64,000 nucleotides of DNA from a virus (taxonomy: Duplodnaviria > Caudoviricetes), in the IMG/VR virus record IMGVR_UViG_3300012956_000024, positions 2,166 through 66,165 of that record; one strand, 5' to 3'. Under the pieces are notes generated by a model. The model ran no database searches, had not been told where the DNA came from, and saw only the letters and a list, made by a program, of their open reading frames with translations. Shown piece by piece: positions 24,107-33,374 of the stretch. The translations under genes and the position numbers were made by a program. Position 1 is the stretch's first letter. The number at the start of each line of letters is the position of its first letter.

Positions 24107-27100
24107 ATGTCGCACCGCTCTACCCGGCCAGCGCGGCTAGTCTTTACCGGCAGCCGCCTGGCGGGGGAGCGGTTCGTTCCGTACGGCCGAGCGTTGCTTG
24201 GTGAGGTCATCGAGTCCGCGGGCTTCAACAACCTCGATACTCACAGCATCACGCGGCGGGTAGGGCCTGCGACGATCAAAGCGTGGTACAGCTTTGGTGA
24301 CGCGCAGATTTCGATCGACGTACCCTTTTCAGGCAGCGGCGACGGAGACGACGTGTTGCGCACGGTCGCCGCCACCTGGTACCCGCGCGGCTTCGCGCTT
24401 TATCCGGTCAGCGATGCCGGCAAGGGCGGCTGGGGCGTGCCCCTGCTACCCGTGGGCGACGATCTGTTTGCGCCGGCGAACCTGGCGCCCGGATTGGATA
24501 CGACGCGCTGGACGCCGGGCGGCCAGCTTGGCGAAGTGCTGTTGACACAGGTGCCGGGCGCGGGCTACCCGGGGAACAAGCCGCTGGAGCTGACCGCTCC
24601 GGGCATACAACACCCGGTGTACGGTCTGCGTACGCAGGCAGTTGCCCCTGATCCTGCGACGAACTGGCAGGCGTATCGCATCGAGTTCTGCGACTACTCC
24701 GTCCAGTCGCCGCAGCCGATGGTGGGGGACATCCGGCGCGACACCGTGTTCAAACGCGAGATTTACCGGCTGGTCAACGAGCATCGGGTTGGAATCAGCC
24801 GAGATCCGTTGATGCTACCCGTGCGCGGAACCTACGATTCCGCGCAGGCTACAGCAGAGTGCATGTCGGCTGTGCGCGTGCTTGGCCACTTCTACGCAGG
24901 ATTCCCGCCGACGTACCGGACGCCAGGCGACCGGTTGAACCGCGATGCGGGAGTGACGTTTCTGTATCCAGGCGATGTTTATGACGATCGCAACGAGGTA
25001 CTGAACGGTGGCGAGAACGCGCTGGTCAATGCCGACGGGTCATTGTCCGTCGTGCTGGGCGTTGACCCGGTCGGAGCCAACATCACCCGCGTGGTGCCGC
25101 GAGGCCCCTTGCCGCCGCAAACCGCCATGGATATGTGGCTGGACTCGCCGGGCCACCGGTTCAACATCGAGAACGTGCTTTGGGACTTCGGAAACGAACG
25201 GGGGTTGTCGGCCACAGCGCTTCGCGTCGGGGCGAAAAACAGTTTCTATGTGCAGCACTTTGAGCGGCACGTGGCATGGCTGGTGGCGGGAAACTGCCAA
25301 TGGCTGTCCGCCCACGATGAGGTGCGCCCGCTATCCTGGTGGAGCTACAACACGGCCAACCTCTCATGGGAGACCTGGCCGATCCGGATGACCTTCAACT
25401 CCGAGACTTTTACATCCACGTTGATAGCGGGGCGTACGTTCACTGTCGAAGTGTCCGGAGCCCACATCGCATCGATCGTCTACACTGAGCACGCCCCGCC
25501 CAGTTTCTGGCCGCTGGATCGCCGCACGCGACTCGCGCTGTCGCCGTACGTCTATTCGCGCGGGCGCAACATCGCCATTGCCCCGCATGGCGGCCTTGTA
25601 CTGTCGGCAGCGGTGCAGAAGATCGCGGGCGCCCCGACGATTTATCGCTTGATCGCGCTGGTGCACCACCACGCCGATCAGAGCGAGGCGCCACTGGTGG
25701 ACGGCATGACCTCGGCGTTGCGTGTCTGGTACGTGGATATGCCGCACGACATCGACGCGGCTGCGATGCCGCACGTGGTGGTCCGCGGTGTGGCCGGCGA
25801 AGAAGACCACGCGACCTGGGACTGGCTGGAACTCAACAGCCCGTACTCGTGGCGCGGCGGGGCGCTGGTGGATGTTGGCGGTGACGGCACGCTGCTCAAG
25901 TACACATCGCTTTGGCGGTTCAACCCGGCCGGCACAAAAGCTATCTGCCTGCGCGATTTCGGCGACGTGGCGGACTACACGGACGAATACGCAAATGGCG
26001 CGGCGGCCCCGCCCGGGGTCGGCCTGTTCATGCCGGCCCCGTTCGGCGTGTTCCCAGGCGGCCAACTGGGCACATTCACGGGCGGGCGCCGCTGCAAGTA
26101 TCTGGAATTGGACGTTTCCGACATTGATTCGCCCAGCCTGTTTGTGTCCGCTGTCAACGCTGGCGGGCCGGCGCACCGGGTGATGCCGGACTACGCACCG
26201 GTCAATACGGACAGCAATACGGCCTGCGTGTGGCTGCGGCCGCTGGCGGCGGACTACGACGCGGCAGGCGAACCCATTTTCGCGTTCAATGTGGTCGTCA
26301 GTTTTCCGGGCTCCTACGTCCACACGACCGGCGTGATTGCCAACGAACGCCACGGCGTGCACTTCGGCGCGTGGGATGCTGTCTACGGCACTGCTGTAGC
26401 GGAAACCACCTGGTACTCGACCGTGGTCGCTCTGCCGGGTGAGGATCTGATGGCAACGCTGCCATCGGTACTGAACGTACGGGACAAGGTGTTCGCTGTG
26501 TGCGGATCTCCGTGCATGGCAACCGATGCCGGCCCGAGCGGGTGGAGCACGCCGGCTGACGCGAACTATCCCACCTACGTGGCCCACACGGCTGCCGACA
26601 TCTACCGCATCGCTACCCTCTCGGTAGAGTGCCTGGCCTGCCAACAGGTACCGCCGGAGTACACGCTGCGAATGTACCGCCAAGGCGAAATCATCGCCAC
26701 GAGGCTCGTATCGAACAATGACCCGACATCCGGATACCTGCTTCACGACCGCCGTTTGCTGCCAATGTGCAACTGGCGGTGGATGCCGTGGACGGTGCAC
26801 TCGGCGCTGAATGCGACGTACGCCGTCGAACCGAGCGGGGCGTGGGCCGCTACGCTGCAGTACCTGCCGCAGGCTGATCTTGGCTACACCTTCCACCCGG
26901 GCGGAGACATCAACTCGCCTCCAACGTGCTATCTCGGCATGGACTACGGCGGGTGGGACAACAAGTGTTTCAGTGGATGTGGCTACCCCTTCAGGATCGG
27001 CAGCAACGCGGCACTTATTGACGCCGCGCTCGCGTTTGATCGCGGCGGTGCCATGGTTGCGAGTTTTGCTGGTCAGGCGGAACTGGCCAGCCTCATGCAA

Positions 27101-27145
27101 ATCCCCGGGGCCAATCCCCGATCCCTCTACGCGCGGGTGCTCTGA
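24107..27145 (+). CDS. Large tail protein with CAP/SCP domain, 1012 aa
   Basis: LVNEHR...GHF...GEN...W.DSPGHR.NI. Confidence 0.75.
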   Translation: MSHRSTRPARLVFTGSRLAGERFVPYGRALLGEVIESAGFNNLDTHSITRRVGPATIKAWYSFGDAQISIDVPFSGSGDGDDVLRTVAATWYPRGFALYPVSDAGKGGWGVPLLPVGDDLFAPANLAPGLDTTRWTPGGQLGEVLLTQVPGAGYPGNKPLELTAPGIQHPVYGLRTQAVAPDPATNWQAYRIEFCDYSVQSPQPMVGDIRRDTVFKREIYRLVNEHRVGISRDPLMLPVRGTYDSAQATAECMSAVRVLGHFYAGFPPTYRTPGDRLNRDAGVTFLYPGDVYDDRNEVLNGGENALVNADGSLSVVLGVDPVGANITRVVPRGPLPPQTAMDMWLDSPGHRFNIENVLWDFGNERGLSATALRVGAKNSFYVQHFERHVAWLVAGNCQWLSAHDEVRPLSWWSYNTANLSWETWPIRMTFNSETFTSTLIAGRTFTVEVSGAHIASIVYTEHAPPSFWPLDRRTRLALSPYVYSRGRNIAIAPHGGLVLSAAVQKIAGAPTIYRLIALVHHHADQSEAPLVDGMTSALRVWYVDMPHDIDAAAMPHVVVRGVAGEEDHATWDWLELNSPYSWRGGALVDVGGDGTLLKYTSLWRFNPAGTKAICLRDFGDVADYTDEYANGAAAPPGVGLFMPAPFGVFPGGQLGTFTGGRRCKYLELDVSDIDSPSLFVSAVNAGGPAHRVMPDYAPVNTDSNTACVWLRPLAADYDAAGEPIFAFNVVVSFPGSYVHTTGVIANERHGVHFGAWDAVYGTAVAETTWYSTVVALPGEDLMATLPSVLNVRDKVFAVCGSPCMATDAGPSGWSTPADANYPTYVAHTAADIYRIATLSVECLACQQVPPEYTLRMYRQGEIIATRLVSNNDPTSGYLLHDRRLLPMCNWRWMPWTVHSALNATYAVEPSGAWAATLQYLPQADLGYTFHPGGDINSPPTCYLGMDYGGWDNKCFSGCGYPFRIGSNAALIDAALAFDRGGAMVASFAGQAELASLMQIPGANPRSLYARVL

Positions 27146-27321
27146 TGATCGAATCCAATGCGCGGTTGTTCGGGCACCAAAGCCTGCTCGGCGGCGCTGC
27201 CCCGTATTGGGGCAGCGGCGATAACCAGTGCTACAATGCCTGCGGTGAAGGCCGCGACGCGACCGATTACAGGCTTTGCGGAATCAGCGCTCCCCGGTCA
27301 CCGTATGTGAGGGTCGTATGA
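27145..27321 (+). CDS. 58-aa Cys-containing peptide
   Basis: Hand-translated; TGATG and ATGA overlaps. Confidence 0.65.
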   Translation: MIESNARLFGHQSLLGGAAPYWGSGDNQCYNACGEGRDATDYRLCGISAPRSPYVRVV

Positions 27322-27779
27322 TCAGAGTGTCGACTGGGTTCAAGCGGGCCTTCTACGGAGGCATCAACTTCTCGCAGGCGTTTTTGAGCGGGTGCATCGA
27401 GCTGCTTGACGGCGACATGCCCGCTTCGCCCAACGATCCGCCTGTCGGCACGGTGATCGGACGCATTACGCGCAACGGTGGTGTATATACACACGGGATG
27501 CCTGCAAACTCTCTGAACTACGAACTGAACTCCTTCGGTGAGATCCGCAAGCCCGCGGCAGATGTGTGGGTGTTGAGCGGCCTGGCTGCAGGTACCGTCA
27601 CATGGGGCCGCGTATTCAGTGGCGCCGATTCCAAAACGCTGTCGGTCACGGACGCGCGCATCGATTTTCAAGTCAACCCGCTCGATGGCTCGGGCATGCA
27701 CATCACCGACGCAACGCTGGGTGTTGCCACGCAGCGCGAGGTAACATTCTTCCTACTGGGCATTCCGCCTTTCTCGTGA
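27318..27779 (+). CDS. Tail structural protein (paralogue of 27787..28290)
   Basis: Shared STG/SLA.K.A...I....G..PA..D pattern. Confidence 0.7.
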   Translation: MIRVSTGFKRAFYGGINFSQAFLSGCIELLDGDMPASPNDPPVGTVIGRITRNGGVYTHGMPANSLNYELNSFGEIRKPAADVWVLSGLAAGTVTWGRVFSGADSKTLSVTDARIDFQVNPLDGSGMHITDATLGVATQREVTFFLLGIPPFS

Positions 27780-27786
27780 GGTCACC

Positions 27787-28290
27787 ATGAAACTGTCGCT
27801 TGCACTCAAGACTGCGCTTCTCGGTACGGGGTCGCTCGACTCCGTTCTCAGTGGCTTCTTCATCTACATTTTCAAAGGCCCCGTGCCGGCTACGGCCGAC
27901 GCCGTGCTCGATACGGTCGGCACGCACACACAGCTAGCCGTGATCTCGCTGGCAAGCGGCGGCGTCAGTGGCGGCAACGAGCTGACGTTCGGGTCGGCAA
28001 CTGCCGGCGCGATTTCGAAGGGCGCAGGTACGTGGTCGGGTCCGATCGATTCGGATGGCGCGGACGCCGCTACTGCTACACACACACCGACGTTCCTGCG
28101 GCTGTGTAACGGCTTGACCGACACCGGGCGCACGCTCGGCAGCGGTACGGATCTGCGCATCCAGCTGACGTGCGGCAACACCGGCATCTACGAGATCTAC
28201 GTTCCAGACATGGTCGACGACGGCGCGGCGGGCAACACGCAGGGCTTCAGCGTGTTCGATATCCGCATCCCTGATACGTCGCCGTCTTGA
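27787..28290 (+). CDS. Tail structural protein
   Basis: GAGG SD; paralogue of previous gene. Confidence 0.7.
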   Translation: MKLSLALKTALLGTGSLDSVLSGFFIYIFKGPVPATADAVLDTVGTHTQLAVISLASGGVSGGNELTFGSATAGAISKGAGTWSGPIDSDGADAATATHTPTFLRLCNGLTDTGRTLGSGTDLRIQLTCGNTGIYEIYVPDMVDDGAAGNTQGFSVFDIRIPDTSPS

Positions 28291-28303
28291 TCGGAGCGCC
28301 TTC

Positions 28304-29047
28304 ATGGCCTACGTCAACATCCTTAGCCTCCCCGGCGTCACTTATACAATAGTGTATAAGCATGCGGCGGGCGCTGGCTATGTCGCAGCCCCAGTCGATC
28401 CCATCACGGTCGCCGGCGGGTGGTTCGTAATCCCGAACCAAAGTGAGTGGGGCTCGTGCGGCATCGAGATCACCAGCTTTGGGATGGGTGTACTGCCGAT
28501 GGACGGCCGTATAGAGTTCGACAATATCTTGTTCCCGGACCTCGAACCGTACGGCTTCGGGCCAGCCATTACTTCGACCCCACCGAACACAAGCGGCAGC
28601 GGATACAGCACAAGCCCCGCGTCAGGCACGCTTGACAGCCTCACTGACGGTACGTTTAGGTATTTCAACCTATCAGCTGGTACGACCGGATCTTTTGCTG
28701 GCGGGGCGTTCAGGGTACTTCTGGATGGCTCGTTCCCCCCACCGGTGTTCTGGACGGACTTCGACGGCACGTACGAAGACACGGAACTGCACAAACAAGT
28801 ACAGCTGGTATCGCACCCGGCAGTGGCTGCGGTCGCCGCAGTGCCCCCGCTAGAGGTATGTACGCCTGACCCACCGGAAGTACCAGGGCCTGGGGGCAGC
28901 GGACTAGGAGGCAGCAGTTCTGGCCCTCCGTCGGTCGACAACCCGCCACCGCCTGGGGAGCCGCGCATCCGGTGTACCGATTTAGGCAACGGCCTCACAT
29001 GCTGCCGCGACCAGAACGGCAATCCTATCGGAAGTGGGTGCGGCTGA
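28304..29047 (+). CDS. Tail protein with Pro/Gly/Cys-rich C-terminus
   Basis: GGAG SD; TGATG overlap. Confidence 0.65.
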   Translation: MAYVNILSLPGVTYTIVYKHAAGAGYVAAPVDPITVAGGWFVIPNQSEWGSCGIEITSFGMGVLPMDGRIEFDNILFPDLEPYGFGPAITSTPPNTSGSGYSTSPASGTLDSLTDGTFRYFNLSAGTTGSFAGGAFRVLLDGSFPPPVFWTDFDGTYEDTELHKQVQLVSHPAVAAVAAVPPLEVCTPDPPEVPGPGGSGLGGSSSGPPSVDNPPPPGEPRIRCTDLGNGLTCCRDQNGNPIGSGCG

Positions 29048-29499
29048 TGCCGTGCAATACCATACCGGGGGTCGTCGGCGTCGAAGGGCAGGACGCCTAC
29101 ATCGAAACCGTGCTCATCGCCGGCTGGAACGCGGGCGCCAACAGCATCGACGTGCAGAACGGCGACTGTTATTTCACGTGGGCGGTTAACGATGACATCG
29201 TAGGCGGGGTGGCTGGTATCGGCCCTGTCGACCGCTCACCGAACAACTACGCACAGCTCACACATGCGATCCAGATTATTTCAGCGAACGGAACGCGCGT
29301 TTGCCAAGTCGTGGAACGCGGCGCATACAAAGGCTCGCTGGTGCCGCTTGGTAGCGGCGCGGCGCTGTATATCCAGCGCGCGCGAGGCATCGTTGAGTAT
29401 CGTGTCGGCGGCACTCGGATCTACACTTCATCCACGCCGTCTACGGGTTCTATCCGTGCCGGCGGCGTTCTCTACCTCTCCGGGGATCTGATTATCTGA
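29047..29499 (+). CDS. Tail protein (GWNAGA.S motif)
   Basis: Coupled starts and stops. Confidence 0.65.
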   Translation: MPCNTIPGVVGVEGQDAYIETVLIAGWNAGANSIDVQNGDCYFTWAVNDDIVGGVAGIGPVDRSPNNYAQLTHAIQIISANGTRVCQVVERGAYKGSLVPLGSGAALYIQRARGIVEYRVGGTRIYTSSTPSTGSIRAGGVLYLSGDLII

Positions 29500-31070
29500 T
29501 GGCTGAGTTCGAGCCCCTCGCGTCGCCGGTAATCACGTTCGAGTCCGAAGCGGATTGTCGGCTGCAGTTTTCTGCGTTCGGCGGCGACCTGGGCGGGTTC
29601 GCGGGTGGGTACGTCGAACTCGTGCTCGAAGTGGACGCCGAGACGTCGGTAGGCGGGGCGGCGGCGCTGCGCTTCGAAGCCTTCGGCGGCGACTTCAGCG
29701 GGATGGCCGGTGGATGGGCGTCGCTCGCGTTTCGCGGCGACGGCGTGGCCGGTGGTTTTTTGCCTGACGCGGCGTTCGGCGCTGGCAATCTCGCCTTCGA
29801 AGCGTCCGCGACGCCTTTCTATATCAACTTCGGCGGCGGGGAAGGCGACCTGGGGTACTCGGCGTTTGGCGGCGATTTCGGCAGCGGCGCAGGCGGATGG
29901 GGCGAGCTGACGTTGAGCGCGCGCGGAGGCCCCGACGAAATATACGAGCAGAATCCGCTGGTCCTGTTGCTGACGCCGGGGTTCATGTACGCGACGATCG
30001 GATATGGTCTGTTCGCCGGCGCGGACGGCATCGTGTTCAGCGGAGCTGCGACAGACGCACTTACGTGGACAGCAGAGGACGTGCTTCAGCTGTCTGCCCT
30101 GGCGTCGACGCATATGGCTGCGTCCAACAGCGTCAACGAGACGATCGCGTTCCGCGATACGCCGGCGCTCGTCACGTACCTCGCCGCTGTGAGCGCGGTG
30201 ACGTTTGCTGACTCTGCGGAAGCGTCGCTGTACGCGCTGCTCGCGGCGGCGTCCATGATGCAGCTGGACGACTCGATCGAAACAACGATGCGGTCCTACG
30301 GCGTCGCGGCATCTATGTTCGTCATGGCCGACGCCGGTGTCATGCGCGGCGAACTGGCCGCGATCGACGCGTTCGAGATGTCGGACGAAGCGGTCGACAG
30401 CGTGCGCACACTGGTCGCCGCACTTGACACGCTGACGCTGGCTGACGAGTCGGCGGGGAACCTCTACGCATTCGGCTCCGCGACCGACACACTCACGCTC
30501 GAAGACGCGACGTCGGGGCTGCTGTCGGGGGCGCTCGAAGCATTCGATACGATCACGTTCTCAGGGATCATCCGACTGCTCGGCGTCGATTACACCGCCT
30601 ACTCGGTGTCCCTCGACAACCAGGCGGTTAGCGAGTACGAGAACTACAACTTCGGGTCGTTCGCTGTGCACGAAGCCAGCGGCGTTGTCTTCGGTATGGG
30701 CGACGACGGCATCTACTCACTGGACGGCCCAACCGACAACGGCGAGCCGATCGTCGGGCGTGTGCGCGGAGGTCTCAACAACCTCGGCACCGCGCTCAAG
30801 AAAGCGGTCCCCGCGGTCTACGTCGGGTACACCTCGACCAACAAGCTCGGGTTGAAAGTCATCACGACAGACGGCCCTAGCGGCGAGAAGCGGGCGAACA
30901 TCTACTCGCTACAGCCTATCGCGAAAGCCGCGACCACTGACGGCCGGTTCTCGCCTTCGAAGAAGCTGCACTCGGTATACTGGCAGTTCGAGCTGCTCAG
31001 CGAAGAAGGCGGGCAGTTCGAACTCGACGAAGTGCGCATGTGGCGCATGGTGCTGAACCGGAGAAAGTGA
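29499..31070 (+). CDS. Tail structural protein with AFGGD and D.L.L.D repeats
   Basis: Three F/Y.AFGGD..G..GG units, then ~20-aa periodic repeats. Confidence 0.7.
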   Translation: MAEFEPLASPVITFESEADCRLQFSAFGGDLGGFAGGYVELVLEVDAETSVGGAAALRFEAFGGDFSGMAGGWASLAFRGDGVAGGFLPDAAFGAGNLAFEASATPFYINFGGGEGDLGYSAFGGDFGSGAGGWGELTLSARGGPDEIYEQNPLVLLLTPGFMYATIGYGLFAGADGIVFSGAATDALTWTAEDVLQLSALASTHMAASNSVNETIAFRDTPALVTYLAAVSAVTFADSAEASLYALLAAASMMQLDDSIETTMRSYGVAASMFVMADAGVMRGELAAIDAFEMSDEAVDSVRTLVAALDTLTLADESAGNLYAFGSATDTLTLEDATSGLLSGALEAFDTITFSGIIRLLGVDYTAYSVSLDNQAVSEYENYNFGSFAVHEASGVVFGMGDDGIYSLDGPTDNGEPIVGRVRGGLNNLGTALKKAVPAVYVGYTSTNKLGLKVITTDGPSGEKRANIYSLQPIAKAATTDGRFSPSKKLHSVYWQFELLSEEGGQFELDEVRMWRMVLNRRK

Positions 31071-31071
31071 C

Positions 31072-32955
31072 ATGTCAGACGGCTTCTTCAACTGCTGGGT
31101 AAACCCCAACCGCTCGGCGGAAGAAGTCGGCGATCAGATGACGCGCTTGCGCGAGTACACTGAAATCGCGTTCGACAAAGCGATTCAGATCGGCGAACAG
31201 CTCACGCACTACAACGTGCCGAGTGGATCTGTGCCGCTGCAGTCGATCTCGTTTTACGGTTTTCCGATCTCCGATCCGACGAGCTACATCCCCGATCTTG
31301 ACGAATCGAATCAGCCGATTCCGAACGCCCCCAACGCGCCGAACATAACGCTGCCAGGTGCCCTCGGTAACCCTGGTCCAGCGCCTGATCGCCCGGCGGA
31401 AGCGCCGCCACCGACATTCGGTGTCGCGCCGTCGATATACACGCCTGTGTTCGGTGCGGCGCCGACGATCAACTACCCGACGCTCGGCGAGTACGGCGAT
31501 TACACAGGCGACATCCCTGAGCCGAACTTGCACGCCATAGTGCTGCCTGACGCGCCGGCCATCGACATCGACACTATCTCGTTCGACGCGATTCGCCCTG
31601 TGTTCGACGCTGTCGAACCGGACGCGGCCGATTTCAACTACGTCGAGGAAATCTACGGGCAGATTCTGTCCGACGAGATCAAGGCGAAACTGCAGTCGAT
31701 GCTCAACGGCCAGTCGGGCATTCCCGTGGAGATCGAGCGCGCGTTGTGGGAGCGTGAAGCGGAGCGCGAAGCTGCGCAGGAGTTTCGCGCTGAACAAGAA
31801 GTCGTCGAAGACTGGGGCGCAAGAGGCTTTTCGCGCCCGGGCGGGATTGTCAGCGCTGAGCTGCGTCGCATCCGCCAAAACAGCTGGAACCAGCGCAACC
31901 AGAAAAGTCGGGACGTCGCTATTCGCACGCAGGAGGTGCTGCTCGAACAGCTCAAGTTCGCGTGCACGAGCGGCATCGCGCTGGAAGACATGTGGATGCG
32001 CATGTTCAACTCGGTGCAGGACCGCCGGCTGCAGGCCGCGCAAGTCGCTGTCAACATCTCCATCGCAGTGTTCAACGCGAAAGTATCTCTGTTCAACGCG
32101 GAGATGCAGGGATACCAGATCGATGCACAGGTGTACAAAGAGCGCATTGAGGCCGAGATCGCCAAAGTGCAGGTGTATGCCGAGCAGGTGCGCGCGCAGT
32201 CTTTGATCGGACAGCTCAATCAGCAAGAAATCGAGATGTACACGGCGCGGCTGTCCGCCGTCGAAACGAATGTACGCGTGTACCTCGGTTTCATCCAGGC
32301 ATACACTGCGCGGTTGGACGGCGAGCGCATCAAGCTCGACGTGTACCGCACGCAGCTGGAGGCTGAGAACACGAAGCTGCAGGGCAGTTCGCTGCAGGTA
32401 CAAGCGTTTGGGCAGCTCATCCAGGCTGAAAGCATCAAGCAGCAGACCTATGTGTCGCGCGCCCAGATATACCAGACCAATGTGAGCGCGTGGCAGACCG
32501 AGTATCAGGCGCTGATCGAAAAGTTCAAAGTCGGACTTGGGTACGCTGATACGCAGGTGCGCGTGTTCGACTCGACAGTGCGTGGTCTCGAAGCGCAGCT
32601 CGGCGTCGTGCGCACTCGTATCGACGAAGTAACCTCGCGCAACCAGGCCAAGGTCCAGGCATTTTCGGCTATCGCGCAGGCTGCCGGGATCACCAACGAC
32701 GCCACCGCGCGCCGCGCACTCGCGCGTACGGACACGAACCGGTCTATCGCCGAACTGGCGATCAAGGTCGGCGACATCAATATCACTAACACACAGCGCG
32801 CGGCGCAGATCAACCTCGAAGCGATTCAGGCCGCAGCACGAGTGCTGGCGCAGATGGCGTCGGGAGCTATGGCGGCGGGCAGCGTGAGCGCGAACATTCA
32901 GGACTCGACCAGCGCCGGCGCGCAGTGCAGCTACAACACGCAGCAGACGATCTAG
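31072..32955 (+). CDS. Virion protein with long helical/coiled-coil region, 627 aa
   Basis: ORF, position. Confidence 0.65.
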   Translation: MSDGFFNCWVNPNRSAEEVGDQMTRLREYTEIAFDKAIQIGEQLTHYNVPSGSVPLQSISFYGFPISDPTSYIPDLDESNQPIPNAPNAPNITLPGALGNPGPAPDRPAEAPPPTFGVAPSIYTPVFGAAPTINYPTLGEYGDYTGDIPEPNLHAIVLPDAPAIDIDTISFDAIRPVFDAVEPDAADFNYVEEIYGQILSDEIKAKLQSMLNGQSGIPVEIERALWEREAEREAAQEFRAEQEVVEDWGARGFSRPGGIVSAELRRIRQNSWNQRNQKSRDVAIRTQEVLLEQLKFACTSGIALEDMWMRMFNSVQDRRLQAAQVAVNISIAVFNAKVSLFNAEMQGYQIDAQVYKERIEAEIAKVQVYAEQVRAQSLIGQLNQQEIEMYTARLSAVETNVRVYLGFIQAYTARLDGERIKLDVYRTQLEAENTKLQGSSLQVQAFGQLIQAESIKQQTYVSRAQIYQTNVSAWQTEYQALIEKFKVGLGYADTQVRVFDSTVRGLEAQLGVVRTRIDEVTSRNQAKVQAFSAIAQAAGITNDATARRALARTDTNRSIAELAIKVGDINITNTQRAAQINLEAIQAAARVLAQMASGAMAAGSVSANIQDSTSAGAQCSYNTQQTI

Positions 32956-32967
32956 GGGGTATTCACC

Positions 32968-33360
32968 ATGTATCCTATTAACCCGCTGGCGGCGAATAAG
33001 CATCTCACGGCCAATTTCGATCCGCGGTTCCCTCAGCAGTCGATCGATCAGGCCAAGGTGTTTGCGCAGCAGTCCCAAGCCGCGGCGAACGCTGTCGGCG
33101 CCGCACCAGGCTCGATCGCTGCGCGCGAAAATCCATTGCGCTACGGTTCTGTCGCTGGCCGAGAAAATCCGCAAGCGTTCGGGCAAGACGCGATCCGAGC
33201 GCTTGACGCGGTGAACACCGCAACTTCAGCGCTCGCCCCACCGGAACAAGCCCTCGCGCGGCGCGGGATGTCTGACAGCTTCTCGGCAGGCAACTTCGAT
33301 GCGCTACAATCTGTGGCACTCGTCAAGCGCCGTCCTGCCCCGCGCACGTTCGAATATTGA
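32968..33360 (+). CDS. Putative internal virion protein, 130 aa
   Basis: GGGGG SD; Ala/Gln-rich. Confidence 0.55.
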   Translation: MYPINPLAANKHLTANFDPRFPQQSIDQAKVFAQQSQAAANAVGAAPGSIAARENPLRYGSVAGRENPQAFGQDAIRALDAVNTATSALAPPEQALARRGMSDSFSAGNFDALQSVALVKRRPAPRTFEY

Positions 33361-33374
33361 TTGGAGATACCCAG

